In this document: piece by piece, positions 49,601 to 59,075 of the stretch | How positions within the stretch are numbered: position 1 is the stretch's first letter | Layout: every line of letters begins with the position of its first letter | NCBI GenBank assembly: GCA_964454975.1 | Contig: CAYVVD010000001.1 | Location: 195,658 to 259,657 of the forward strand | Length of the DNA stretch: 64,000 nt | Source: an uncultured Hyphomicrobiales bacterium | Lineage (GTDB): Bacteria > Bacteroidota > Ignavibacteria > Kapaibacteriales > UBA2268 | Reading direction: 5' to 3' | Notes under the pieces: generated by a model | Told to the model about the DNA's origin: nothing | Database searches by the model: none | What the model saw: the letters and a program-made list of their open reading frames with translations, nothing else | Translations under genes and position numbers: made by a program

Positions 49601-49930
49601 GTGATTATTAGGGTCAATTGAAACACAGCCAATCGAATATGACCCTTCATTATCAAATATTGGTGAAAATGTCGTTCCGCGGTCGGTGGTCTTCCAGACA
49701 CCGCCGGATGCGACTGCAACATAGAATTCATTTATATTTGATGGATTTACGGCAAAGTCAATAATTCTTCCGGATGTTACTGCCGGCCCGATTAATCGTA
49801 ATTTCAAACCGCTGAAAGTTGATGATTTCATCTTCTTTTTATCATCGTCTTTATCCTTCTTGTCTTCTGCCGCAACAGTAAAAAGTGTTGCAATAAGTAA
49901 TAATACTGTTAAAATTCTAAATTTTTCCAT
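46670..49930 (-). CDS. Secreted sortilin/Vps10-like BNR/Asp-box beta-propeller protein with a C-terminal coiled-coil extension (no T9SS CTD)
   Basis: Signal peptide (MEKFRILTVLLLIATLFTVAA). The WVGTGENN motif and at least ten Asp-boxes (SIDGGKSWK, TTDAGKTWE, STDAGKTWD, STNRGATWD, TLDGGKTFE, SYDRGGNWD, SEDRGNSWT, TEDEGKTWT, STDKGKSWV, TINGGKNWI). Confidence 0.8.
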   Translation of the reverse strand: MEKFRILTVLLLIATLFTVAAEDKKDKDDDKKKMKSSTFSGLKLRLIGPAVTSGRIIDFAVNPSNINEFYVAVASGGVWKTTDRGTTFSPIFDNEGSYSIGCVSIDPNNHHVVWVGTGENNSQRSVSYGDGVYKSIDGGKSWKNMGLKESEHIGKILIDPRNSNIVYVAAQGPLWRSGDDRGLYKTTDAGKTWEKILEISENTGVSDLVYDPRDPDVLYCSSYQRRRHVWTLINGGPESAVYKSTDAGKTWDKLTSGLPGGYVGRIGLAISPVNPDILYALVEAEEDKGGFFRSTNRGATWDKRSDYNTRSAQYYQELFCGPEDEDIVFSVDTYTNYTLDGGKTFERLNLSERHVDDHALWINPDDTDHIMIGGDGGIYISYDRGGNWDFVENLPVTQFYRVTADNDSPFYSVYGGTQDNNTLGTYTRTTSQYGITNDDWIFTVGGDGFKTQIDPDNPDIIYSQPQYGWLVRYDRQSGEITGIQPQPDKDEMLRWNWNSPLIISPHKGSRLYFAANKLFKSEDRGNSWTKISGDLTRQIDRNKLPVMGKIWEPEAVAKNASTSQYGNIVSLTESTLRAGLLYIGTDDGLIQVTEDEGKTWTKYGMFPGVPDTTYVADIEASLHDVNFVYSAFDNRKKGDFKPYILKSTDKGKSWVSISGDLPENGTVHTLSEDHENSNLLFAGTEFGLFFTINGGKNWIQLKSGIPTICIKDIDVQRRENDLALASFGRGIYILDDYSPLRTVNEELLEKENHIFPVKDALMYIEDRSKGRRSQGANYYRGENHPFGAVFTYYIKEPLKTLKDIRRDSSKKLTEAEKPPLYPGFEELWKEDFEIAPFYGFRILDSRKNVIRTLKAPNKAGIQRIVWDLRYPDTSPVTEKTDPNKHSGMPVLPGTYYVEMIKVKDGKMEVISPQVSFNCIPLNNTTLEVQDEQKLLAFQRDIQELQRAVYGTDRYIREQYDKLDKINTSLKLTGSLDIELYNQMRDLKHELDLIDMELNGDKARASRNAQSTPGLKDRLEIVLYGMWWSRSEPTKTNMDMYKLIGSELEVVIADLKVLSNSKIAAIEKKMEEMKAPYTPGRLPAWKK

Positions 49931-50041
49931 GTATACTTCCGTATATTGTATCATACAAACAATTAATCAAAAAAGGCTATTTAAAATATTAGCCCAAAAC
50001 AAGAGTGTTAAGATAATTAATTCACTTTGGAAATCCATGTA

Positions 50042-52084
50042 ATGGCAAGCCGCCTGTTATATATTTTTTTGTCCTTTTTAATTCTTAAGCCGCTTTTGTC
50101 TCAGAATTTGCCCTTAAGTGAAATTGACACTACCGACAAACTCAGGTTCGGGTTAATTGGTGGTGTAAGCCTGATTAACAACCAAACAAGCATTCCACTT
50201 TATCCTTTCGGAGGTGATTGCGGCAGTTATTCAGATGGCGATGACATTGGCTACTATGCAGGCCTTGCATTTAATTATAAAATTATACCTGATTTCATTC
50301 TTGCGGATTTCCGTGCTTATTACGAGAAGCGGCCACTTACTTTAAGCCTCGATACCAGCCACTACGAAGTCTATGTAGAAAGCAGGGATGATTATGAAAT
50401 GCTTGTAAGGGGATTCAGGTACGATGCAGAGCTCCAATACATTGCACTTGACTTTGGAATAAAAGTCAATGCATTTTATCCATTTGAGGCACTGAAAGGT
50501 ATACCACTTTATCTCAGGGGCGGTCTTGAAGCCGGTGAACCATTGATTGGGACAAATTTTGAGAATTCAGAACAAATAATTAGTCCGATTGAAAAAAGAT
50601 ATCCTGATGAAACAAAACGACTGATTATTGAGTCAGGAAAACTTACTGAAGCAGGCACAGCCACTGGTGCTTATGCGGGGATTACAACCGATATAAAGCT
50701 TGCCTCAGGCATGATTGTCAGTCCGGAAATCACATATCGATGGGGCTTAAATTCCCCTGTTGAGGAATATGACTGGACAAGCAATATTATCAGGGCCGGG
50801 GTTGGAATAAGCTGGGAATTTGGAGGTGGCGCACCTGAGCCGGAACCCGAACCTGAGCCGGAAAAGGAACCCGAAATCATAGCGGATACTGTTGTTCCAC
50901 AGGTAATTGTCAAAAAGAACATAATACTGGAACTTGATGATTCTGTGTATGATTTGACAGAAACAGTTGTCACCCAGACTTATCCGCTATTGCCATATAT
51001 CTTTTTCGATGAGGCTTCTTCAGAAATAAAACAAATTTACATACACCCGGATCTAAAGAGGGAAGAATTTACCGAAGAAGGCCTTCCTAAAGAAACTTTA
51101 GGGATATATTACCTGGTTCTGGATATTATTGGTAACAGGTTGAGAGCCAGTTCCGGTACTTCAATTACTATTACAGGATTTACCGATGGTTCTGAAATGC
51201 AGGACATACAGTCACGCGGCAATCTTGCTATTGCAAGGGCAGAGGCGATCGCGGATTATATGTTTGTGAACTGGGGCATAAGCCGCGACAGGATGAATAT
51301 CAAATGGAAAGAAACTCCGGAACTTGCTACAAGCACAGCATACAATGAAGGTTTCCAGGAGAATCGCAGGGTAGAAATAAGCAGTTCATATCCTACAATA
51401 CTTGAACCTGTTATTCATTCAAAGTTTCTTGAATTTGCAGCTTCAGATGGTTCTTTTGGTTTTGATAATAAAGTTGAATCCGGCAGAGATATAGAAATGT
51501 GGTCTTTTGAGCTAATTGCCGGAGATGAAATCATATTTAACACAAGCAAAAGTGATGGCTCTGTTCCTCCGGAATTTCTTACCATAACACCGGGCAATCA
51601 ACTGCTCCAGGAAATTGGCAGGCAATCATCTGTCGGGCAGGATATAAAAGCAAGGCTTACTGTAAACGAGGAAAATGGCAATGTAAGCACAAAAACATCA
51701 AAACTAAGTTTAAGCCGGGAAAGGACACAATTCGAAATTGGCAGGCTTAACTTGATAGTATTTGATTTCGACAGGTCAGAGATTTCCGATCAGAATCAAT
51801 TGATGCTTCGTGATTTTGTAGAATCATCAATCCATACTTCATCAACTGTAAAGATTACAGGTTCTACAGACAGGCTCGGCGAGCTTAAATACAATAAAGA
51901 GCTGTCGCTTGCCAGGGCAAAAAGCGTGGAAACCTATATCCGGGGTATTAACCCCAAAGCTGAAATTCAGGAAGTGAAAGGTATTGGCCCATCTAACCTT
52001 CAATATGACAATACACTTCCTGAGGGCCGTTTTTACTGCCGGACAGTGCTTATAGAAGTGAAAACTCCGCTCGACAGCCAATAA
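50042..52084 (+). CDS. OmpA-family outer-membrane protein: N-terminal beta-barrel, (PE)n linker, two OmpA-C-like peptidoglycan-binding domains
   Basis: Signal peptide. Linker GGGAPEPEPEPEPEKEPE. Two OmpA_C-like motifs (ITGFTDGSE...NLAIARAEAIADYM; ITGSTDRLGE...NKELSLARAKSVETYI). Confidence 0.7.
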   Translation: MASRLLYIFLSFLILKPLLSQNLPLSEIDTTDKLRFGLIGGVSLINNQTSIPLYPFGGDCGSYSDGDDIGYYAGLAFNYKIIPDFILADFRAYYEKRPLTLSLDTSHYEVYVESRDDYEMLVRGFRYDAELQYIALDFGIKVNAFYPFEALKGIPLYLRGGLEAGEPLIGTNFENSEQIISPIEKRYPDETKRLIIESGKLTEAGTATGAYAGITTDIKLASGMIVSPEITYRWGLNSPVEEYDWTSNIIRAGVGISWEFGGGAPEPEPEPEPEKEPEIIADTVVPQVIVKKNIILELDDSVYDLTETVVTQTYPLLPYIFFDEASSEIKQIYIHPDLKREEFTEEGLPKETLGIYYLVLDIIGNRLRASSGTSITITGFTDGSEMQDIQSRGNLAIARAEAIADYMFVNWGISRDRMNIKWKETPELATSTAYNEGFQENRRVEISSSYPTILEPVIHSKFLEFAASDGSFGFDNKVESGRDIEMWSFELIAGDEIIFNTSKSDGSVPPEFLTITPGNQLLQEIGRQSSVGQDIKARLTVNEENGNVSTKTSKLSLSRERTQFEIGRLNLIVFDFDRSEISDQNQLMLRDFVESSIHTSSTVKITGSTDRLGELKYNKELSLARAKSVETYIRGINPKAEIQEVKGIGPSNLQYDNTLPEGRFYCRTVLIEVKTPLDSQ

Positions 52085-52153
52085 TTAATTAAAATTTTTA
52101 TTTTTGCTGATTCGTTCTTGTACACAATTCTTGATTCATCGAAAGGAGTTTTC

Positions 52154-53077
52154 ATGGAACATACATTGGAAAGGTCACAATTCAGCATCTGGATGCAGGC
52201 AGCAAGGCCTTTTGCCTATTCTGCATCTGTTATCCCTCTTCTGGTTGGCGCAATGATAGCACTTGCTTACTACCCCGGCCCGGTCTTGTGGTGGCTGTTG
52301 CCTGTTGTTATTATTGCAGGAATATTATTCCACACCGGAACTAACCTTGTAAGCGAATACTACGACTTAAAAAAAGGTGTTGACCGCGAAGATACATTTG
52401 GCTCGAGCCGTGTGCTTGTTGAAGGACTTATGGAACCCCAAAAATTGCTACTTGGGGGTATCCTTACTTTTGCAGTCGGTTTTGTGCTTGGTTTAATATT
52501 GGTTTATTACCGCGGCACTGACATGCTTATTCTTGGACTGATTGGACTTTTGGGTGGATTTTTCTATACAGGAAAACCAGTCGGATATAAATATTTTGCA
52601 CTTGGCGACTTATTGGTATTTGCATTGATGGGCCCCCTGATGGTCATTGGTTCTTACTTTGCTCTCACCGGGGAATTCACATGGAATGTGTTTTACATTT
52701 CACTGCCGGTAGGGTTTTTAGTTGCAGCGATTCTTAATGCAAACAACATTCGCGACATTAAGCATGACAAAGAAGCCAAAGTTACCACTATGGCAACGAT
52801 ACTCGGTATTGCCGGTTCAAAAGTCGAGTACGTGTTACTTGTTATCGGTGCATTTTTCAGTGTAATTGTTATGATTCTCGCCGGGATCCTCGATTATTGG
52901 TCATTGTTGGTCCTTGTCAGCCTTCCACCTGCGTTGAAGAATATTAAACTAATCTCACAGGCTGAAGAAACAAACCCTGAAAAGATAGCAATGTCAGATG
53001 TGTTGACTGCTCAGCATCACATGATGTTTGGTCTTTTATACAGTATCAGCCTTGTATTAACTGCGTTGTTTGCATGA
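52154..53077 (+). CDS. menA: 1,4-dihydroxy-2-naphthoate polyprenyltransferase (UbiA superfamily, MenA-like)
   Basis: UbiA-family polytopic protein with NLVSEYYDLKKGVD and NANNIRDIKHD aspartate-rich motifs. AAAGGAG Shine-Dalgarno site. Confidence 0.7.
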   Translation: MEHTLERSQFSIWMQAARPFAYSASVIPLLVGAMIALAYYPGPVLWWLLPVVIIAGILFHTGTNLVSEYYDLKKGVDREDTFGSSRVLVEGLMEPQKLLLGGILTFAVGFVLGLILVYYRGTDMLILGLIGLLGGFFYTGKPVGYKYFALGDLLVFALMGPLMVIGSYFALTGEFTWNVFYISLPVGFLVAAILNANNIRDIKHDKEAKVTTMATILGIAGSKVEYVLLVIGAFFSVIVMILAGILDYWSLLVLVSLPPALKNIKLISQAEETNPEKIAMSDVLTAQHHMMFGLLYSISLVLTALFA

Positions 53078-53092
53078 TAAAAATTACTTGTA

Positions 53093-53125
53093 GAGCTGCA
53101 CGGCTGTGCGGCTCTGCATTTTTAT
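53093..53125 (+). terminator. Rho-independent terminator, hairpin nearly identical to the one at 20281
   Basis: GAGCTGCAC ggct GTGCGGCTC followed by TGCATTTTTAT. Confidence 0.6.
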
Positions 53126-53143
53126 AATTAACCGCTCTTTTCC

Positions 53144-53770
53144 ATGAACTACCTTCGCCCCGTATATCTTGGATTCTTTATAGCTGCCGCATTCTGGTTT
53201 ATCATGTTCTCGCCCTGGACTGCCGGTTGGCACAACTTCTGGATTTTAATGCTCGTCGCAACTGCAAACCTGATGGCTCTGAGTTTCTTTTTTGGCAAAG
53301 ACGAGTTAGCTGCCATATACAAATTTAAATTTAAATGGGTATTATACGGCCTTGTTGGAGCTACAGTGTTGTATGGCATATTCTGGCTTGGAAATGAAAT
53401 CTCACAGCTTCTTTTCGACTTCACTGCAAGGCAGGTTGATAATATATACAGTAGCAAAGAACAAGGTGACAGACTATTTATAGGCGCTGCACTGCTTTTG
53501 TGGATTGGCCCGGCCGAGGAAATATTCTGGCGTGGGTTTGCACAGCACAGGCTGATGAACCGGTTTGGCGATATGAAGGGATTTATCTACACGACAATAG
53601 TTTATGCAATTGTTCATATCTGGGCATTCAATTTCATCTTGTTTATGGCAGCGTTAATATGTGGAATCTTCTGGGGGTGGCTCTACATGAAATACAAAAA
53701 CATCTGGCCTGGGATTATATCGCATGCTGTTTGGGACGTAACGATTTTTGTTATATTCCCTATTAATTAG
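53144..53770 (+). CDS. CPBP-family (CAAX/Abi) intramembrane metalloprotease, second copy
   Basis: GPAEEIFWRGF...AIVHIWAFN...ISHAVWDV motifs in a 6-TM protein. Confidence 0.75.
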   Translation: MNYLRPVYLGFFIAAAFWFIMFSPWTAGWHNFWILMLVATANLMALSFFFGKDELAAIYKFKFKWVLYGLVGATVLYGIFWLGNEISQLLFDFTARQVDNIYSSKEQGDRLFIGAALLLWIGPAEEIFWRGFAQHRLMNRFGDMKGFIYTTIVYAIVHIWAFNFILFMAALICGIFWGWLYMKYKNIWPGIISHAVWDVTIFVIFPIN

Positions 53771-53839
53771 GTTCACAATATTGCTTTTTAAAACCGTTCA
53801 TAAGTCATTAGTTATTAATAATTTTGGGAGTGATTAACC

Positions 53840-54745
53840 ATGGGTTTGATAATTCTCGGTATCATCGTTTTATTAGTAGGAATATTCTCAAAGAACCAAC
53901 GTTCGCCAATTAGCAGCTTCAGAGGTCTTATTATGGCAGCCGGTGTGATCATTGTTGGTGTTGGTATTGCAGTTGCTGCTATTAGACAAGTTGAAGCAGG
54001 TTCTGTCGGAGTACAGAAGCTCTTCGGCAAGGTGCAGCATGAAATTTTATATCCGGGCTTGAATTTTGTCAATCCTCTTGTTGATGTTGCCTATTTCGAC
54101 ATCAAAACGCTTAACTACACAATGGCGTCCTCAATGGGTGAGGGGCAGGTAAGGGACGATGATGCTATCCAGGTTTTATCAGAGGACGGCCTCCAGGTTT
54201 CTATTGACTTGACCGTGCTTTACAAGCTCATACCTTCACGTGCCCCGATGGTGCTCGACAGTATCGGTACTGACTTCGAGATAAAGGTTGTCAGACCCCA
54301 AATAAGGGCGAAAATTAGAGAAATAGCTGTAAATTTTGCTGCAGTAGAGCTTTATTCACCTTTAAAAAGAGAACAGTTTGAATTATCCATCAAAAGGGGA
54401 ATTGATGAAGGTTTTTTAAGACGTGGCTTTGTACTCGAAGACTTACTAATAAGGAAAATCAACTTACCGGCATCTGTTCGTGAGAGTATTGAGCGCAAGC
54501 TGACGGCTGAGCAGGAAGCTCAGCGAATGGAATTCGTCTTGCAAAAAGAACAGCAGGAAGCCGAACGTAAGCGTGTAGAAGCCAGGGGTATAGCTGACGC
54601 CCAGAACATCATCAACGCTGAACTTTCATCGAAAATCATTCAATGGGAGCAGATAAAAGTTCAGAAAGAGCTTGTTAGCTCACCTAACAGTAAGGTAATT
54701 ATCCTCGGCGACAAAAGCGCACCGTTTATATTAGATACGAAATAG
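53840..54745 (+). CDS. SPFH/band-7 (prohibitin/HflK-like) domain membrane protein
   Basis: An N-terminal TM anchor, then an SPFH core (VEAGSVGVQKLFGKV...GLNFVNPLVDVAYFDIKT...LQVSIDLTVLYKL), then a coiled-coil tail (EQEAQRMEFVLQKEQQEAERKRVEARG). Confidence 0.85.
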   Translation: MGLIILGIIVLLVGIFSKNQRSPISSFRGLIMAAGVIIVGVGIAVAAIRQVEAGSVGVQKLFGKVQHEILYPGLNFVNPLVDVAYFDIKTLNYTMASSMGEGQVRDDDAIQVLSEDGLQVSIDLTVLYKLIPSRAPMVLDSIGTDFEIKVVRPQIRAKIREIAVNFAAVELYSPLKREQFELSIKRGIDEGFLRRGFVLEDLLIRKINLPASVRESIERKLTAEQEAQRMEFVLQKEQQEAERKRVEARGIADAQNIINAELSSKIIQWEQIKVQKELVSSPNSKVIILGDKSAPFILDTK

Positions 54746-54777
54746 CCGATAGTCGTAAGATATTTAAATAATTTGAA

Positions 54778-54805
54778 GGGGCGGTTTGGTGACCGCCCTT
54801 TTAAA
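54778..54805 (+). terminator. Rho-independent terminator
   Basis: GGGGCGGT ttggtg ACCGCCCT followed by TTTT. Confidence 0.6.
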
Positions 54806-54934
54806 TTATCAGTCAAAAAATAACGAGTGCGTAGTACGTAGCTTTATGGTTAAACTTATCTTTAAGTTTACAGAGTGATATTCCCGGTTCCCTCTTTCTC
54901 GGGAATGACATTATTAAATAGACCAAACAGCGCA

Positions 54935-55618
54935 TCATCTCTTAATCCTTGCTATTATCTTTTTATCATTCAACTCACGGATGGCGTCGCGTGCTGCCCA
55001 CCTGGCGGCTGCTGACTTTGGGTACTTTTCGAGAATTTGTTCGCAGTATTTGAGTGATTCTTCACGCAAAAACAAACAACGCTTTCCCAATTGTCGAAGA
55101 GCCCAGTTAATTGCTTTGCTTACCATTTTTCGGTCATCGGGTGAATGTTTTAATATTACAGGGAAGAATGCAAGGAAGACAGAGTCAGGAGTCTTTTTTT
55201 CATGCACTGCGAGAGTGCACATTAGCACAAAACCTGCCCGCTTTACATATACTTCTTCTCTTTCCGCCCATTCGAAGGCTTTGTCCCATGCAAATTTGGT
55301 TTTATCGAATAGCTTGCTGCAAACTCCATCTACTATCGCCCAATTGTCAAATTCAAGTGCCCAGCTTTCCATAAGCTCTTCAGTTACTTTTGCAGGTTCA
55401 GCCACCATGCTGGCGATTATTCTTGCCTCATAAATTCCTGACTCCCATAGTTCAAGGGCCAGTTTGTGGTTTTTACCTGATTCCCTTGCAATTGCTTTCA
55501 TGTCAGGCGCTGATATACCCAGCACCTTCTTTGAAACTATACCGAACCGGGCCATCCCTTTAATATTTTCTTTGCTGCTCAAATAATAGAGTTTGTTTAG
55601 TAATTCTTCTTTTGTCAT
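54935..55618 (-). CDS. DNA alkylation repair enzyme (AlkD-like HEAT-repeat glycosylase family)
   Basis: 227 aa, all-helical, with the family N-terminus MTKEELLNKL...NIKGMARFGI...GISAPDMKAIA and ...WAxRxAIR near the C-terminus. Confidence 0.75.
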   Translation of the reverse strand: MTKEELLNKLYYLSSKENIKGMARFGIVSKKVLGISAPDMKAIARESGKNHKLALELWESGIYEARIIASMVAEPAKVTEELMESWALEFDNWAIVDGVCSKLFDKTKFAWDKAFEWAEREEVYVKRAGFVLMCTLAVHEKKTPDSVFLAFFPVILKHSPDDRKMVSKAINWALRQLGKRCLFLREESLKYCEQILEKYPKSAAARWAARDAIRELNDKKIIARIKR

Positions 55619-55700
55619 TTTAGTTCCTTGTTGAAATTGATTTGAAACATTTAGAACAAATACCTCGTTAGCAATTTATTATAATTATGAATAATTCAGA

Positions 55701-58514
55701 ATGATAAACTGGGATAAATATCCCGGACTATACCAGGCTCTTTTAATTGGGCTCTCGCTTCTGATAATTGCAATAAGCCTTGCAAATTTTTTTACCATTT
55801 CCGGTAAAGTAAGCGACGACAACCTGTACAGGCTGCCAGTTCCGACATTCTATGTAGTAAATGAAGCTATTGGAAGCAGGCTTCAGGTAAATGAAGAAGG
55901 GGATACATTGAGAGTCAGAGATACGATTCAACCTGGTTCAATTCTCTACAGCCTGAATGACACAATTTTAAATGATTTTTCGGATTATACAAAACGACTG
56001 CGTGAAGCTGAAAGTGGTGAATTAAAGTTAAAAATTGAAAACCTTAAGACTTTTGACGATGAAACATGGTTTGTTCAATTTGGAAAACTGCCGCCTAACT
56101 TTATTAAATACATCCCCGCCGCAGCAGTTGTAATCTCTGTAGAAAAAGAAGGTGCATCGTATAGTGCCGGAATGCGTGTCGGCGATTTAATTATTCGTGC
56201 AAACGGGCGGCCTTTCGCAGGCCTCGATTCTGTTGATTTGCACCTGATTGGCCAAGAGGAAGGGGCCCTTGTTACTTATGATGTCCTTCGCGGCAAAGAA
56301 GAAAAGCAAATCAAAGTCCGTTTATCTAAATTTGGAATTAGAATAGAAAATATAATATACTTTTCGGCTGGGTTGCTCTACCTTCTTGCCGGGTTGTTTG
56401 TAGGAATAAAAAGGCCGAAAATCAAAGCCGCACGGATTACTTCACTTGGATTGATTTTAATTTCATTGATAACTATTGTGGGTTCCATTACAGGACTGCC
56501 TGAAACAGCGGGATTATTGTGGTACATCAGGTACTCCTCGCTTCTGCTTGGCTATTTCATCGGCATCCCGGTAATTTTACATGGTTCTCACTATTTCCCA
56601 AAAGAGTTCCCCGCAATAATCAATAGAAAATGGACAATCACCGTTCCATATATAATCGGTATGTTGGGCATATTGATTGCTTTGTGGGATTATTTCTTCC
56701 AGAGAGGTTCCTGGAATTTCTGGATTTTCATTATTTCGATTACCTTGATTTTTGTTTTCTATTCAGTACTTAGAGGCTGGTATAAAAAGGAACGCCCGCA
56801 GGAACTTACTAAAACTATCAAGTATATTAAATGGGCCGTAATTATTACTTTTGGAATTCAATTTATTTTCATCATACTTTCTTTTTTAAAAATAAGGCCT
56901 GATGTCGGATTTTTCCCACAGTTGATTGTTTTCCTCATCCCACTGGCTTATATTTTTACAGTTGCCCGTTATAGGTTGCTTGACATTGATTTCCGTATTA
57001 AAAGAAATGTACAGTACATATTTATTTCAGTAATTTGGAAAATCACACTTGTATTACTCATTTCGCTTTCAATATATGCAATTATCAATATTGACATTCC
57101 ATTGCCAAATCTACACTTTACAGGTTCAACCATTGTAGTTCTTGAAAAACCACTAAGCACTGAATTGAATAAATATTACTCTAAGCTGCTTGCCATTATT
57201 TTCGCTTTTATACTTTCAATATTGATTTGGGTAATAAACAAAGAAGGGCAGCATTTCCTCGACCGTAAATTCAACCGTGTAAAATTTGATTACCGTTCTG
57301 CAACTGAAAAATTGCATGAAATGATGTCCACGAGAATGGACATTGATGGCCTGGCAAAAGGTATCGTAGAAAAGCTTGGCGAATTAATCCAGCTAAAAAG
57401 GGTGGGAATAATATTTTTTAAAGAAGATAACAAAATATCCGGGCAAAAATATTACGGTCTAAACGACCGTGAATTAAAAGATTTCTGTGTGCTTGTAAGC
57501 GATATGCTTTACAGTTCAATAAGCCAGTTTCATAATGGTTTCCGGGTTGAATACCTGCCTGAAAACATAAAGGAAGTATATACACAATGCCGCTTTCAGT
57601 ATGTTATACCTGTCCGTTCAAAGGGCAACCTGATTGGAGCTGTCATTGTTGGTGAGAAGATGTCCGAAGCTCCGTTTCATACAGATGACATTGATTTTCT
57701 TATGAACATTGCTTCCCATGCTTCAGTGGCTATTGAAAACCAATATCTATACGAGGGGCTGGCTCGCCAGGAACGTATGAGGCACGAACTGGAGATAGCA
57801 CGGCAAATCCAGCTTGCCTCGCTCCCGCAGGAAGTGCCTAAAATCCCCGGCCTTGACATTTCAGGGATATCAATCCCCGCGCTCGAGGTAGGTGGTGATT
57901 TCTACGATTTCCTGGATGGAAAGGAAAATGAAATTACGATTGTGGTCGGGGACGTTAGTGGAAAGGGAACCTCAGCGGCTCTTTATATGAGCAAGGCACA
58001 AGGGATACTAAGAACGCTTTATGAATTTGGCCTTTCTCCGCGTGAGTTGTTAATCAGAACTAACAGGCTTATACACAAGTCACTATCCAAAAGTAGTTTT
58101 ATTACAGTAATCGGAACAAGCTTTGATACTGCCAAACGGAAAGTCAAGCTTGCACGAGCAGGTCATGTTCCGCTTTATATTTATAGGGCAGCTTCACAAC
58201 AGGTTGAAAAGATTGTCCCTAAAGGTATCCTGCTTGGCATGAAGAGCGGCAGTATCTTCGATGACAATCTCAAGGAAGAAATTCTTGATTATGCAGCAGG
58301 TGATGTCTTCTTGCTTGTAACAGATGGTGTACTCGAGGCTCGCGACAAGGATAATAATGAATATGCCGAAACACGATTAATGGACATTTTCAGAAATAAG
58401 GCTTTCAATAATGCGGAAATAACAAGGAATGTCATCCTCAACTCCGTTCAGGAATTTTCAGGAGGATCAGAACAATTTGATGATATTACAGTGGTTGTTG
58501 TAAAAGCAGTTTAA
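55701..58514 (+). CDS. Membrane-integrated PP2C/SpoIIE-family serine phosphatase with an N-terminal TM, a periplasmic PDZ domain, about 9 further TM helices, and a cytoplasmic GAF domain
   Basis: PDZ region (ISVEKEGASYSAGMRVGDLIIRANGRPF). GAF region (GNLIGAVIVGEKMSEAPFHTDDIDFLMNIASHASVAIEN). PP2C/SpoIIE core (EVGGDFYDFLDG...VVGDVSGKGTSAALYM...VTDGVLEARD). Confidence 0.8.
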   Translation: MINWDKYPGLYQALLIGLSLLIIAISLANFFTISGKVSDDNLYRLPVPTFYVVNEAIGSRLQVNEEGDTLRVRDTIQPGSILYSLNDTILNDFSDYTKRLREAESGELKLKIENLKTFDDETWFVQFGKLPPNFIKYIPAAAVVISVEKEGASYSAGMRVGDLIIRANGRPFAGLDSVDLHLIGQEEGALVTYDVLRGKEEKQIKVRLSKFGIRIENIIYFSAGLLYLLAGLFVGIKRPKIKAARITSLGLILISLITIVGSITGLPETAGLLWYIRYSSLLLGYFIGIPVILHGSHYFPKEFPAIINRKWTITVPYIIGMLGILIALWDYFFQRGSWNFWIFIISITLIFVFYSVLRGWYKKERPQELTKTIKYIKWAVIITFGIQFIFIILSFLKIRPDVGFFPQLIVFLIPLAYIFTVARYRLLDIDFRIKRNVQYIFISVIWKITLVLLISLSIYAIINIDIPLPNLHFTGSTIVVLEKPLSTELNKYYSKLLAIIFAFILSILIWVINKEGQHFLDRKFNRVKFDYRSATEKLHEMMSTRMDIDGLAKGIVEKLGELIQLKRVGIIFFKEDNKISGQKYYGLNDRELKDFCVLVSDMLYSSISQFHNGFRVEYLPENIKEVYTQCRFQYVIPVRSKGNLIGAVIVGEKMSEAPFHTDDIDFLMNIASHASVAIENQYLYEGLARQERMRHELEIARQIQLASLPQEVPKIPGLDISGISIPALEVGGDFYDFLDGKENEITIVVGDVSGKGTSAALYMSKAQGILRTLYEFGLSPRELLIRTNRLIHKSLSKSSFITVIGTSFDTAKRKVKLARAGHVPLYIYRAASQQVEKIVPKGILLGMKSGSIFDDNLKEEILDYAAGDVFLLVTDGVLEARDKDNNEYAETRLMDIFRNKAFNNAEITRNVILNSVQEFSGGSEQFDDITVVVVKAV

Positions 58515-59053
58515 AAGCGGATTGTCAAATTAAGAGCAGCGTAATCAGATCCATTTGTAAAAACCGTCATGCTCAAATCATCTCCAACAGTAAAATCATA
58601 CAGATGTGCACCTACGTATGCATCAACAGCCGCTACGAGATACACACCCATTAAGTAAAGGCCTGTTAAATCTCTCCTGTCGCGGTAAAACTCCCTTTTT
58701 GATTTAAGTGCGCTAAATCGAATATCATCAGGTGAAAGTTCATTGACCTGGTCCCGGTAGTCAGAGTAAAGGTTGTGATTATATATTACAATGCCGATCA
58801 AAGAAGCGGAAACGCCCAAGAATATCGGTGCTTTCCAGTAATTTTCAACATAAAGCTGACCCCATCCCGGAACAGCAAGCGAACGCCAGACAGCGCCCAT
58901 CCCGGATTTTTGCATCTGGAATCCACCGGAAACTGTATCGCTTCCGGCAACAACAGTATCAAATGCTGCTGTTTCGGGCCTGTCAACAATAGTGTCGGTC
59001 TGTGCCTTTGCAGCAAAGGAAAACAAGCATAATATTATTAATAGTAGCCTCAT
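58511..59053 (-). CDS. DUF5683-like secreted or membrane protein
   Basis: A signal peptide, then LAVPGWGQLYVENYWKAPIFLG resembles the DUF5683 PG(L/A)GQ(I/L)YN..YWK motif. Its stop overlaps the end of the upstream convergent gene. Confidence 0.4.
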   Translation of the reverse strand: MRLLLIILCLFSFAAKAQTDTIVDRPETAAFDTVVAGSDTVSGGFQMQKSGMGAVWRSLAVPGWGQLYVENYWKAPIFLGVSASLIGIVIYNHNLYSDYRDQVNELSPDDIRFSALKSKREFYRDRRDLTGLYLMGVYLVAAVDAYVGAHLYDFTVGDDLSMTVFTNGSDYAALNLTIRF

Positions 59054-59075
59054 TTAGATATTTACGGATGAACTG

